Positions 27,815 to 37,517 of a stretch of DNA of 64,000 bases are shown piece by piece. The notes under the pieces are model-generated. The model was given only the letters and a program-made list of their open reading frames with translations, made no database searches and was not told the origin of the DNA. The translations under genes and the position numbers were made by a program. The stretch covers positions 186,001 through 250,000 of IMG/VR virus record IMGVR_UViG_3300023179_004149. One strand, written 5' to 3'. How positions within the stretch are numbered: position 1 is the stretch's first letter; every line of letters starts with the position of its first letter.

Positions 27815-29575
27815 TTACTTTAATTTAATTTTCATTTTTGTACCTATCTTATTTTTTTCACATGTGAGAACAAAACCATGTTCTTCCAATATTGCCATGC
27901 ATATATTTAAACCAAGACCTGAGCCAGGCTCCTTCTGTTCTTTTTTCCTCGTGTATGGTTTTGATAACTGTTCAAGATCGGCCTGTTCAATACCTCTACC
28001 GTTATCCTGAATTATCATATCACCATTCTCCATATAAATCTTTACATATTTAGTATTGGAATCATTATATTTTAAACCATTCCTAATTAAGTTATCGATA
28101 GCCGTACAAAACAACGATTCATTAACTTCTGTGGTTACCAAATCATCAATCACCACCTGACTAACATAAGCGGTATTAGATAAATATTTTTTTAATATCT
28201 CTTTTAAATTACATTCAGTCTTTGTTAATACAGCATCCTTTTTTACCAGGTTGGTGAACTCATAAACGCCCCTGTAAACCTTTTGGGTGTGTTCCAAACC
28301 CTCTTTGATTAACTTTAACGGAGCCTCTAACTTTAATTTAGCCGTTATTTCTGGATTAAGTCTTCTTTCCAATGATGAAACACCTCTCGGTATATAAGTA
28401 TTGATGCCAGAATGCATATCATGTCTTAATATCTTTGCGGCGTGTTCGAGATATGTATTCTTTTTTTCTAATTCCTGGGTGTTTTTAATAACATCACTAA
28501 TATCATACCTTATTGACATGAATCCAGTTAAATCACCCCATTCGTCAAATTCGGCTTTGATATTGGTGTCTACGTAGTAAATTTCACCGTTTTTAGCCCT
28601 ATTTGTCACAATAGATGACCATATTTTCTTATCCTTAACGGTTTTTTTGTACATCTCCGCCCAGAACTCTTTAGAATGCTCCCCAGAATTAACAATATGA
28701 TGATCCTTGCCAATCGCTTCTTTAGACTTCCAACCAGAAACCTCCTCAAATCTTTTATTAACATATGTAATTTTACCATGCTTATCCGTTTTTGAAACCA
28801 AAGCGGCAACATTGATAAACTTCTCAAGATCTTTGGTTCTTTTTTGCTCCAAAACATTTTCTTTAACGGAATAAGCAAATGAATATAATGAAGATAATAA
28901 GTGAGCAAAATCTATCTCCGTATCTGTCCAGGTGCGCTGTGTGAAACTTTCAATGCAGATTACACCAATAATATTACCTTTATATATGATAGGAACATCC
29001 AACATCGATTTAACACCCAGTGGTTTTAAATAAACCTCTTTAAAACAAATTGTGGCTGGATGCGTTTCTGCATTGTGAGCCACAACAATATTATCGTTTT
29101 CCAACGCCCTAAAATAAGGTTCAAAATCTTTTCTATATAATACTGCATCAGATTCCCATCTATTTTCGTGAGCCAAATATAATTGTTCACAATAGATCGA
29201 ATTCTTCTTATTATCCTCATATAACCAAATAGAACACCTATCCGCATCAATCGAATCCGCAACGCTCTCGGTTAATTCCTTAGCACCCTGTGAAGTATTA
29301 CCCTCATAAAATAATGGATTATGTGACTGGCCTATTAAAACCCTACTAAGCTTTTCCTTATATTCTTTTTCCTTTTTAATCAATTTGGCGTTAGCCATAT
29401 ATTCTCTCGCCATACCACCGAACACAGGTACGATGAATAAAATAGATATAAACTCAGCCCAACGAGTTGTTGGAGTTGATTGAAAGATACCCAATAAGAC
29501 ATTGATCTTTACATAAAAAAATATGAATAATATTAGAACAGCGAACCAGAAACTAATTTTGGGTAATCCTATCAT
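27815..29575 (-). CDS. Sensor histidine kinase (TM-GAF-PAS-HisKA-HATPase)
   Basis: N-terminal TM helices, GAF (SMLDVPI...IGVIC.E), PAS/PAC (ITYVNKRF...NRAKNGE), RHD His box, NLIRNGLKY, DNGRGI, GSGLGL. Confidence 0.92.
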   Translation of the reverse strand: MIGLPKISFWFAVLILFIFFYVKINVLLGIFQSTPTTRWAEFISILFIVPVFGGMAREYMANAKLIKKEKEYKEKLSRVLIGQSHNPLFYEGNTSQGAKELTESVADSIDADRCSIWLYEDNKKNSIYCEQLYLAHENRWESDAVLYRKDFEPYFRALENDNIVVAHNAETHPATICFKEVYLKPLGVKSMLDVPIIYKGNIIGVICIESFTQRTWTDTEIDFAHLLSSLYSFAYSVKENVLEQKRTKDLEKFINVAALVSKTDKHGKITYVNKRFEEVSGWKSKEAIGKDHHIVNSGEHSKEFWAEMYKKTVKDKKIWSSIVTNRAKNGEIYYVDTNIKAEFDEWGDLTGFMSIRYDISDVIKNTQELEKKNTYLEHAAKILRHDMHSGINTYIPRGVSSLERRLNPEITAKLKLEAPLKLIKEGLEHTQKVYRGVYEFTNLVKKDAVLTKTECNLKEILKKYLSNTAYVSQVVIDDLVTTEVNESLFCTAIDNLIRNGLKYNDSNTKYVKIYMENGDMIIQDNGRGIEQADLEQLSKPYTRKKEQKEPGSGLGLNICMAILEEHGFVLTCEKNKIGTKMKIKLK

Positions 29576-29676
29576 CAGTATAAATTTTTTATAATAAATA
29601 GTCGTGAAATCTTCATTAATACCGAACTATTTATAATAAATTATTTATAAACAAGATCGATAACCAACTCCATAAA

Positions 29677-29858
29677 ATGAATTATCTCATCGGATTTAAA
29701 CAAGACGATAACGATGATGCAAGATTAAACGAATATGTAAGACAACGTGGTAATAAATGGGTTGTGTTATCCAGAAAGGGAAAGTTCTCGGAACCCATGA
29801 CACCAAATCAGATGCCGTAAATCAATTAAAAGCTATAGAAGCAAATAAACACGCCTAA
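29677..29858 (+). CDS. Small protein spanning a -1 frameshift at G_GGA_AAG (not in ORF track)
   Basis: Frame 0 stops at 29820. The -1 frame from 29778-29784 gives ...LNEYVRQRGNKWVVLSRKGKVLGTHDTKSDAVNQLKAIEANKHA, ending 1 nt before the next ATG. Confidence 0.6.
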
Positions 29859-29859
29859 A

Positions 29860-30840
29860 ATGAAAAAAGTAAATTTAAACGAACAAATCGTTAGAATGAG
29901 ATCCATTATGGGGCTCAATGAATCAAAAAGAACCGAAGCAGATGCCCAGAGAATACTCGCTGGCGTTGAAAACGCTGAGACTATAGTAAAACAATTCGCC
30001 CAGGGTGACCAATCAAAAGACCAAAAGAATATACCCATTATGGCATCCATATATAAAAATTTTAACTATACCGATGTTAAAAATATAGTGGATGTTATGA
30101 ACGATTATAATGATTTGGTTACTAAAAATAGGGTTAAACCTATTCAAATAGCCAAGGGTGTTTTATCAATAGGGGATAAATCCTTTAATGATTTTATTAG
30201 GTTTTCTGAATATATTCACGGTGAAAAGAACAAATATGCGGCACCTCAAAAAGGTTCAAGTGTTGATGCTGATTTCATCTCTAATAAAAAACCTATGTGG
30301 TCGGGTAATAATATCGATATCTATGAAGGTGATGAGGTTGGTAAATGTATCGCATACACCATGGGTGGTTTAACTGGTAGAGGTTATAGCTTCTGTATCG
30401 GTCAACCAGGTAATACCGTGTATCAATCTTACAGAGACACCAAAGTTTCATCATTCTATTTCGTGGTGGATAAAAACCACTTTAAAACCAATGAAGACGG
30501 TAGTGTAAATCTTGATGATCCATTACACATTGTGGTGTTCGATAATACACAACACGGTATAGAACTTACAGATGCTAACAACACAACTGGTAAAATCGCT
30601 GAACCATTTGGTACCAATTCAGATATATATGTTGATTATCTTAAAAATAAAGGCGTTCCAGTTGATCAACTCATCAATAAACCAAAAACCGATCAGGAAA
30701 GAAAAGAAGATGAATTGTTAGGTAGACCCAATCCAAGCCTTGAATGGTTTGTAAAATTACCGATTGATTTAAAATCAAAATACATAGGTAGAGGACACCA
30801 ATTAACAAACGATCAATTCGATTATCTCATAGGTAAATAA
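29860..30840 (+). CDS. Leader-tagged hypothetical protein
   Basis: Starts MKKVNLNEQIVRMRSIMGLNE. Contains GRGYSFCIG...YFVVD. Confidence 0.75.
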   Translation: MKKVNLNEQIVRMRSIMGLNESKRTEADAQRILAGVENAETIVKQFAQGDQSKDQKNIPIMASIYKNFNYTDVKNIVDVMNDYNDLVTKNRVKPIQIAKGVLSIGDKSFNDFIRFSEYIHGEKNKYAAPQKGSSVDADFISNKKPMWSGNNIDIYEGDEVGKCIAYTMGGLTGRGYSFCIGQPGNTVYQSYRDTKVSSFYFVVDKNHFKTNEDGSVNLDDPLHIVVFDNTQHGIELTDANNTTGKIAEPFGTNSDIYVDYLKNKGVPVDQLINKPKTDQERKEDELLGRPNPSLEWFVKLPIDLKSKYIGRGHQLTNDQFDYLIGK

Positions 30841-30841
30841 T

Positions 30842-31468
30842 ATGACACCACAAGATTTAATACAACAATATGTCAATACTGGTATCGGTATTCCCAGATA
30901 TCAATTTGATAGATTACCCAATGATTTAAAAAAATCATATATTAGAAAAATGTATATTTCATTGGATTATAAACCATATAATATTGTATATTATTATGGG
31001 GAGTTACCTGAACAAAAACAAATCGAAATTGTTAGTCACGATGGATTTTTAATTGAACACATCAACAACCCAACCGAAGCGGCACAATTGGCTGCCGTTA
31101 CAGAAGATGGTTTAGCTATTAAACATATTAAAAATCCATCGGAACAAGTACAAATTACTGCCGTTAAAAAAGATGGTATTGCAATTAAATATATTGACAA
31201 CCCATCCGAAGAGGTACAATTAACTGCCGTTAAAAAAGATTATCATAGTTTAAAACACATTATACAAAAGAGAATTATACCAAGTGAGGCGGTGCAATTG
31301 GCTGCCGTTAAAAAATTTGGCCCTATGATTGAATACATCTATAACCCATCCGAAACAGTACAATTAGCTGCCGTTAAAGAAAATCGTTTTGCTATTAAAT
31401 ATATTATAAAAAAGGGTATAAAACCGAGTGATGAGGTTTATAAAATTTTTAACCAATATGACAAATAA
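30842..31468 (+). CDS. Repeat protein (DUF4116-like ~22-aa repeats)
   Basis: NPSE.VQL.AVK.DG.AIKYI repeated about 5 times. Family name recalled from memory. Confidence 0.75.
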   Translation: MTPQDLIQQYVNTGIGIPRYQFDRLPNDLKKSYIRKMYISLDYKPYNIVYYYGELPEQKQIEIVSHDGFLIEHINNPTEAAQLAAVTEDGLAIKHIKNPSEQVQITAVKKDGIAIKYIDNPSEEVQLTAVKKDYHSLKHIIQKRIIPSEAVQLAAVKKFGPMIEYIYNPSETVQLAAVKENRFAIKYIIKKGIKPSDEVYKIFNQYDK

Positions 31469-32372
31469 AGATTTAATACACCAATATGTAAGTACAGGTA
31501 CTCAATTACCAGAACACCAATTGACTCAACTCAACACGAACCAATTGAAGAGTTATTTCAGACAACGTATTCTCGCTCAAGAATATGGCGTTGCTTTTCA
31601 ACAATATGAATATTTATTAGCCCCAGATGAAATAAAACCATTCATCATCAAATCAATCGCAAACGATGATGAATTTATTGATTTTTTGAATGGTAAGTCA
31701 CCAGAACGCTACGAAACGGAGGATAGGTATTATCATCGTTATGAACCAAAAATCGATTTCGCCGCCCTTATAAAAATGATATTAGAATCATACACTGAGG
31801 AAACACAAAATCCAAATCTATGGGCTATTAAAGAATTTATTGTTGGGATGGTTAGCACACCAGAAAATCAAAAAATTTATAATATTAAGGCCGACACCCA
31901 AGAGATATATAACATTATGTTGTCAACACCAGATTGTGGAAAAGATAAAACGGAAATGAATTATATATACTATATTTTAAAAACAACAGACACGCTAACC
32001 CCATTTAAAACATTTGCAAAAGATAAATTCGGGGCTTATTTGGAAATATTAAAAAATAAATCAAGTGATGATAAGTGGGAGAAGTTTGGAAACATATTCA
32101 AAACAACACCCATACCAAAACAAATAATAGAATTATCCAATACTTATGATTCTATGGGTGATGCTTTTTTATGGTATATGCCTAATGATGTGTTCTATGG
32201 GTTATTAGATTCTAAACACCCATTACATAGAATTAGCTTAATACCAGAGAAAAAAGTGAAACGGATGCTTCATAACGTATTTACTAAATACACCCAGGGT
32301 AACCCAGAAGAATACGCACAAGGTTTTACCAATCCTAAAGAAGTTATCCAAATTTATAATATGTATTATTAA
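31458..32372 (+). CDS. Hypothetical helical protein with N-terminal module shared with 30842
   Basis: MTNKDLIHQYVSTG vs MTPQDLIQQYVNTG. Confidence 0.7.
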   Translation: MTNKDLIHQYVSTGTQLPEHQLTQLNTNQLKSYFRQRILAQEYGVAFQQYEYLLAPDEIKPFIIKSIANDDEFIDFLNGKSPERYETEDRYYHRYEPKIDFAALIKMILESYTEETQNPNLWAIKEFIVGMVSTPENQKIYNIKADTQEIYNIMLSTPDCGKDKTEMNYIYYILKTTDTLTPFKTFAKDKFGAYLEILKNKSSDDKWEKFGNIFKTTPIPKQIIELSNTYDSMGDAFLWYMPNDVFYGLLDSKHPLHRISLIPEKKVKRMLHNVFTKYTQGNPEEYAQGFTNPKEVIQIYNMYY

Positions 32373-32578
32373 CTTTCCATATAACCCGTCATTTGATCGG
32401 TTGCACCCAAATCTGTACCAGTCCTAATCTCAGCGTCTTCGCCGAATGAATCCCTGAATCCTGGGGGTATTGAGGTGGCACCAACACCAACGGTGTTATC
32501 ACCACCCTCAAGCACATCTGACCATTGTTTGATTTTTTTGATTTCCTGTTCCAATGATATTTTTTCTGTTTTTTTCAT
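32369..32578 (-). CDS. Small protein with leader-like N-terminus
   Basis: SLEQEIKKIKQW...LE, TATTTATT upstream. Confidence 0.6.
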   Translation of the reverse strand: MKKTEKISLEQEIKKIKQWSDVLEGGDNTVGVGATSIPPGFRDSFGEDAEIRTGTDLGATDQMTGYMES

Positions 32579-32646
32579 TTTTTTTGTGTTTTTAAAATAA
32601 ATAGTTGAACTTTGGTCATGAGCATATATTCTTATGATTTGGTAAT

Positions 32647-32670
32647 GGGATAGGGGATAGGGGGCTTGGG
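32647..32670 (+). other. Intergenic G-quadruplex-forming motif
   Basis: GGG-ATA-GGGG-ATA-GGGGG-CTT-GGG in an AT-rich divergent intergenic region. Confidence 0.5.
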
Positions 32671-32691
32671 TATTAAGAACGTGTAAATTTT

Positions 32692-32720
32692 AAAAAAGCG
32701 GGTAAATTACCCGCTTTTTT
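32692..32720. terminator. Terminator-like hairpin
   Basis: aaaaaagcgggt-aaatt-acccgcttttt. Confidence 0.65.
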
Positions 32721-32748
32721 TATATATTTATATGTATAAAACATATAA

Positions 32749-35382
32749 ATGACAATGAAAATTGTAATTACTGAAGAGCAACTTCAAAAATTATCCGAAT
32801 ATATGATTTCAAATAAATTATTTGAGGGTGAGTTTAGGTTAGATACGACCAACACCACACAAATAGATCATATATTTAATATATTTAAACAATCATACGA
32901 GAAATCTACTGGTGGTTCCTGGGATAAATCTAAATTTTTATCAAGAGCTAGTGATTGGTTATTTTTTGGTGATATGGATGGTTTTATTGCGGTAAGACCT
33001 CAGAAATCAGGTTTATACAAGTTAGTGGGTGTGGCTGGCTCACCAAAAAGCATATTAAGCGCTTTGAGTGAAATCGAATCCAAAAACATACCAGTATGGG
33101 GTATGGTTACTCAAAACATACAGACAATGCTCCAAAAGAAAGGATTTATAACACCAACACCCGAGCAATTACAACTACTATACAAATCCATACCATCATC
33201 CGTATTCGGCGGAGCCGAAACTCAGCAGAATCCTGACGGTAGCTTAACGTTAAAATATAACGATGTTGGTGACGCAACAAAATTCTTTGTTGGTAACGAA
33301 ATGTATTTCAATGCAATGAAGACCATGTTTGGGGATAAATTCAACCTGGATGAGGCAAGATCAAACCCAGAAAAAAATCCGAGAGTTACATTCGGGATGT
33401 TCATGGATAATCTGGTAAATAAATATACATATGAAAATATATTTGTGTCATTTAGAAATGATTTACATGTAACAGATGTAAATGTTAATAACAAATACAG
33501 CACCCCAACTGGTGTTTATTCATACCCGCTTATTTCATATTTCAGAAACAAATACGATTTATCCAGGATGGATGAAGGTATGTTCAGAGAAGCATTCCCA
33601 TACCAATCTAAATTACCTTATATGTATTTTATTGTCTTAAAATCACATAACGGTATCCTGGATGAAAACACAACTTTTGAGCAGGTTGTTCCTTACGTTA
33701 AAAAGATAATGGATCTTTATGGTGACATTACACCCGTATATAAAACATGTGAATTATATTTGAATAAAGATTTTAAATCAACATATAATTCTTCCCCTTA
33801 TCATGAAGCACATAACTTTTGGTTATTTCTGTATGAGGTTGCGGCCTATATAACTAAGAATAAAAAACAACATGCGATTAATATTATTTGTACTAAAATA
33901 GGTGTTAATGGCTTTGTTGACTATAAAGGTAACGGATATATCCACCCGTCAGAGCCAAAACAAGCGGTGTTCTTTAGAATTAAACCAATTGCTGATGTTC
34001 TAATTTATAAAACCCAGATAACCAATTCTAATGATAAATTTGAATCATATTTAAAACAATTAAAACCAGGTGTGAAAAATCAGGTGTTGGTGAATAAATT
34101 ATTGGATTTTAACTTAATCTTCAATTACAATCAAGTTAATAGGATCGTTAATGCTTCAACGGATCAGCTCGATACGGCTTTAAGATTAATAATTAAAGAA
34201 GCTAATAAAATGGATCTGTCTAACTCATATATGGATAGTGTATTTTTCGCTGTTACAGAACCAGGTGGTAAAGATAAATTGGCCCTTGCTTTGCTCGATT
34301 CAAAATTAATCTACCACCATTCAATTGTTACGATGCTGGGACACGTATCGGACGAAAATCTTTTTGCTGAAAAACTATTAGAGAAATCGGAAAGTTTTAA
34401 TAATTACAAAATAGTAAACGAAATATTATTTTATTTAAAAGACCCGATTAAAGGGGCTAAAGATATTTTGGCTAAATTGGATCTTGAATTTGCCAGCGTG
34501 GAAATAATACAAATATTGATCGAACATGGTGGTGATGTATTAGCATATTTAATAACAAATAAAGTTTTTGGTAAAGAAAATTATCACGACTTCATTAATA
34601 CAATTCTTACACGTGTTAAAGATAATCTAAAATACTGTGTGTTCCTAATCAAAAAAGAAAATAAAAATATTAGTAGATTGACCTTAGATACTATTTTCTC
34701 ATGGGTTGACCTACCAACAGATAGAGCTAAATTAATGAAAATAGTTCTACAACTATTAGATTATCAACCAAGGCCAGCTATTTTAAAGTTTATATTAAGT
34801 AATAGTCCAGATTTATACAATGTTTTAAATGCGATCTACACCAAACAAAACGGATTTACCGATGAACAATACGTTATGTTATTTACCTCACAATATCTCA
34901 GCGGTAAAAACTATTTCTTTGTTCTTGATAAATGGCTCGAAAAGCTTAAAACTAAAGAAGGCCTTACTGCCGATGAAATATTCTTTAGTGGAACAATTGG
35001 AAATAAAATACGTGGTTTAAGTGACGAGGAAGGGTATGAGAACGTTAGAACAAAATTAATGGATACATACGTCGAATTGGTTAATAAAGTAATATCAAAA
35101 GTTGATGATCCAGTTTTGGTTTATCAAAAATTATTTAAACTCAATTTTATTTCAGCTGATAAATTATTGATCAAACTCATCACACAAATTAGTCCAGAAA
35201 ACGGAGAAATGTTAGCTAATGATATCCAGGATAAAAAGGGTGCTGATATGTTCAACCCTATTTATGCATTCTCTAATAAACTAACTGATGAATTAAATAA
35301 CGCAAAAACAAATAAAACATACGATATCCTAAAACGCATGGATAATGTGATCGAAGCCTTTTATAACGTAACCAATTTATAA
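32749..35382 (+). CDS. Multi-domain probable head-packaged protein
   Basis: Leader MKIVITEEQLQKLSE...LFE, internal NLDE|ARSNPE, a module ending GFVD.KG.GYIHPSEP.Q.VFF (possibly ART-like), and helical repeats. Confidence 0.7.
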   Translation: MTMKIVITEEQLQKLSEYMISNKLFEGEFRLDTTNTTQIDHIFNIFKQSYEKSTGGSWDKSKFLSRASDWLFFGDMDGFIAVRPQKSGLYKLVGVAGSPKSILSALSEIESKNIPVWGMVTQNIQTMLQKKGFITPTPEQLQLLYKSIPSSVFGGAETQQNPDGSLTLKYNDVGDATKFFVGNEMYFNAMKTMFGDKFNLDEARSNPEKNPRVTFGMFMDNLVNKYTYENIFVSFRNDLHVTDVNVNNKYSTPTGVYSYPLISYFRNKYDLSRMDEGMFREAFPYQSKLPYMYFIVLKSHNGILDENTTFEQVVPYVKKIMDLYGDITPVYKTCELYLNKDFKSTYNSSPYHEAHNFWLFLYEVAAYITKNKKQHAINIICTKIGVNGFVDYKGNGYIHPSEPKQAVFFRIKPIADVLIYKTQITNSNDKFESYLKQLKPGVKNQVLVNKLLDFNLIFNYNQVNRIVNASTDQLDTALRLIIKEANKMDLSNSYMDSVFFAVTEPGGKDKLALALLDSKLIYHHSIVTMLGHVSDENLFAEKLLEKSESFNNYKIVNEILFYLKDPIKGAKDILAKLDLEFASVEIIQILIEHGGDVLAYLITNKVFGKENYHDFINTILTRVKDNLKYCVFLIKKENKNISRLTLDTIFSWVDLPTDRAKLMKIVLQLLDYQPRPAILKFILSNSPDLYNVLNAIYTKQNGFTDEQYVMLFTSQYLSGKNYFFVLDKWLEKLKTKEGLTADEIFFSGTIGNKIRGLSDEEGYENVRTKLMDTYVELVNKVISKVDDPVLVYQKLFKLNFISADKLLIKLITQISPENGEMLANDIQDKKGADMFNPIYAFSNKLTDELNNAKTNKTYDILKRMDNVIEAFYNVTNL

Positions 35383-35383
35383 C

Positions 35384-36502
35384 ATGAAACTAAACGAACA
35401 AATATCAAGAATGAAATCCATCATGGGTATCAAAGAATCTATACGTGCTTCCGAAGCAACAAACCAAATAGATTCAATCTTAACCGTATTACACGGTAAG
35501 AGAAACCTGGCATTCATTACATTTGGTGATCTAAATCCAACAAATAAACAAACGGTGACTAAACTAATCAACTCAGACCCCTCTTTAAACTCAATACACG
35601 TCAAAAAGAATCCTCTTATGGGATTTGTGATATATAGAGAGGGACACGAGAAAGAAGCCCAGGAATTGGCTAATTTGGCCAATAGATACGGTGGTTATTT
35701 ATCCGTGGATGCAACCAAAGAAGATTCAATCAGAATCGGACAATTGCTCGATTACGATCCTCAAGATATTCAAGATTATATAAACAAACATTATGATGAA
35801 TATGGCGTGAATATTCGCACTGGTAACTTGTTTGAATTTGATTCACCCGATCAAAACCCATCCGCTATTTCAGTTCTGGGGTTGGATGAGGTGGCTAAAA
35901 CAGTGAGTGATTTACCTGCCGATACTGGCCTATACCACCAAACAAATATTAATATTGGAGACCAGTTTGTGTTATACTCAGCATCAGAAGATAAAGTCTA
36001 TGGTGGGATTAATATATATAATACAGATGAAGACCCTAATGTTTATATGGTGTCACGTGTGTCAGCCAACGAAAGTTTCGGCCCCCTATTGTATGATATG
36101 ATGTTATCATACGTATATCCTAAACCACTCATTCCAGATCGCAATACGATATCAAAAGATGCAATAAAGGTTTGGACATATTATTTCAATAATAGAAATG
36201 ATATAAAAAAGGAACCAATAGATATTGATGATCAATTATATAGCACAATCTATCCCTACGAACGAGAAATCGATCCCGATGTTCTAAAAGATCTACTTTT
36301 TGAACCCGAATACAAAGATACAATACACGAGTTGGATATCTATAATTCCAAATATATCGGAAAACCTTTGAATATACAACCGCTGTTAATTAACGCCAAT
36401 AAACAACTAAAATTAAAAAATGTAAACCTAAACGACTTAATCAGTAGATCGGGTAAGCATTACGACCAATCAAAAGGTGTACCCAGTGATTACGACATAT
36501 GA
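35384..36502 (+). CDS. Leader-tagged two-module protein, C-terminal GNAT-like
   Basis: MKLNEQISRMKSIMGIKE, internal LFE/LDE, VSRVSANESFGPLLYD...SKDAIKVW. Confidence 0.7.
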   Translation: MKLNEQISRMKSIMGIKESIRASEATNQIDSILTVLHGKRNLAFITFGDLNPTNKQTVTKLINSDPSLNSIHVKKNPLMGFVIYREGHEKEAQELANLANRYGGYLSVDATKEDSIRIGQLLDYDPQDIQDYINKHYDEYGVNIRTGNLFEFDSPDQNPSAISVLGLDEVAKTVSDLPADTGLYHQTNINIGDQFVLYSASEDKVYGGINIYNTDEDPNVYMVSRVSANESFGPLLYDMMLSYVYPKPLIPDRNTISKDAIKVWTYYFNNRNDIKKEPIDIDDQLYSTIYPYEREIDPDVLKDLLFEPEYKDTIHELDIYNSKYIGKPLNIQPLLINANKQLKLKNVNLNDLISRSGKHYDQSKGVPSDYDI

Positions 36503-36900
36503 AACTTAACGAACAAATAACAAAAATGAAATCTATGATGGGACTAAAAGAAAATATCCAATACTATGGAATTGTTAACCCAGAAGATAGAAATTGGCTC
36601 AGAATCAAAGGAAGAAAATCCTATAGCGGCGGCGAACTCTCACCAATCATCATAGATGGCGTTATGGTCGGTGGAATACATATAGATAAAATGTCGGGCG
36701 TGTGGGGTATCGATTATCTCGAAATTAAACCAGAATTCCAAAACAAAGGTACCCTAAGAAAAATCATATACGATCAAGCTGACGATGGTGTGGTTAAATT
36801 CATTAGCGCAAGCGATGAACTCCAACAAAAATTAACTACCTATGGTGAAGTAACAACCGATCCAAACACGGATATAACAACATTAACTATTACAAAATGA
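36499..36900 (+). CDS. Leader-tagged GNAT-like acetyltransferase
   Basis: MKLNEQITKMKSMMGLKE, IDYLEIKPEFQNKG (motif A-like). Confidence 0.7.
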   Translation: MKLNEQITKMKSMMGLKENIQYYGIVNPEDRNWLRIKGRKSYSGGELSPIIIDGVMVGGIHIDKMSGVWGIDYLEIKPEFQNKGTLRKIIYDQADDGVVKFISASDELQQKLTTYGEVTTDPNTDITTLTITK

Positions 36901-37517
36901 ACCTTAACGAACAATTAAATATAATGAAAACCATGATGGGTATCAAAGAAGATGATATAATCATCGATAAAAATCCCAACATTATGCACTTTTTTCATGG
37001 TGGTGACCTGGATGAGGTTAAACAAGACCTCATCCAAAGATCCGACAGACAAGTTCATGGCCCTGGCCTTTATCTTACAACAAATTGGGAGAGAGCAAAG
37101 AAATACGCCAAAGGCGGTAGAAAAATGTATATTGTGTCTGTGGAGAAAGGCAATAATCTCGATGATAAAGACATCGATATGGTTGCGCTCACACAATTCC
37201 TTAAACAAAACCTTTCACCCAAAAAAGTACAATATGTGCTCGATAGAGCCAATACCAGATTGCACGGTGGTAAAATACCAGCTTATATCGTTAATAACAT
37301 ACTTATAGATAGCGGATTCCTCAAATCAAATTTTTCATTAATGTGGAAAACATTCCTTATAGGTGTCGGCATTGATTACGTTCTTGATGAAACAGCTTTC
37401 GGCGGCGAAGGACAAATGATGGTATTATACAACACCAATAAAATAAAAAATATCAGGAGAATCATGCCAAATGATAAACTTCCAACATACGATTTAAGAC
37501 CATACAATGAAACTTAA
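36897..37517 (+). CDS. Leader-tagged ADP-ribosyltransferase-fold protein
   Basis: MNLNEQLNIMKTMMGIKE, FFHGG...GPGLYLTT...AKKYA. Confidence 0.7.
   Translation: MNLNEQLNIMKTMMGIKEDDIIIDKNPNIMHFFHGGDLDEVKQDLIQRSDRQVHGPGLYLTTNWERAKKYAKGGRKMYIVSVEKGNNLDDKDIDMVALTQFLKQNLSPKKVQYVLDRANTRLHGGKIPAYIVNNILIDSGFLKSNFSLMWKTFLIGVGIDYVLDETAFGGEGQMMVLYNTNKIKNIRRIMPNDKLPTYDLRPYNET

Noticed and set aside
30842-31468. Diversity-generating retroelement target or template repeats
   Set aside because: The repeats are ordinary in-frame protein repeats that do not differ only at adenines, and there is no reverse transcriptase in the window.
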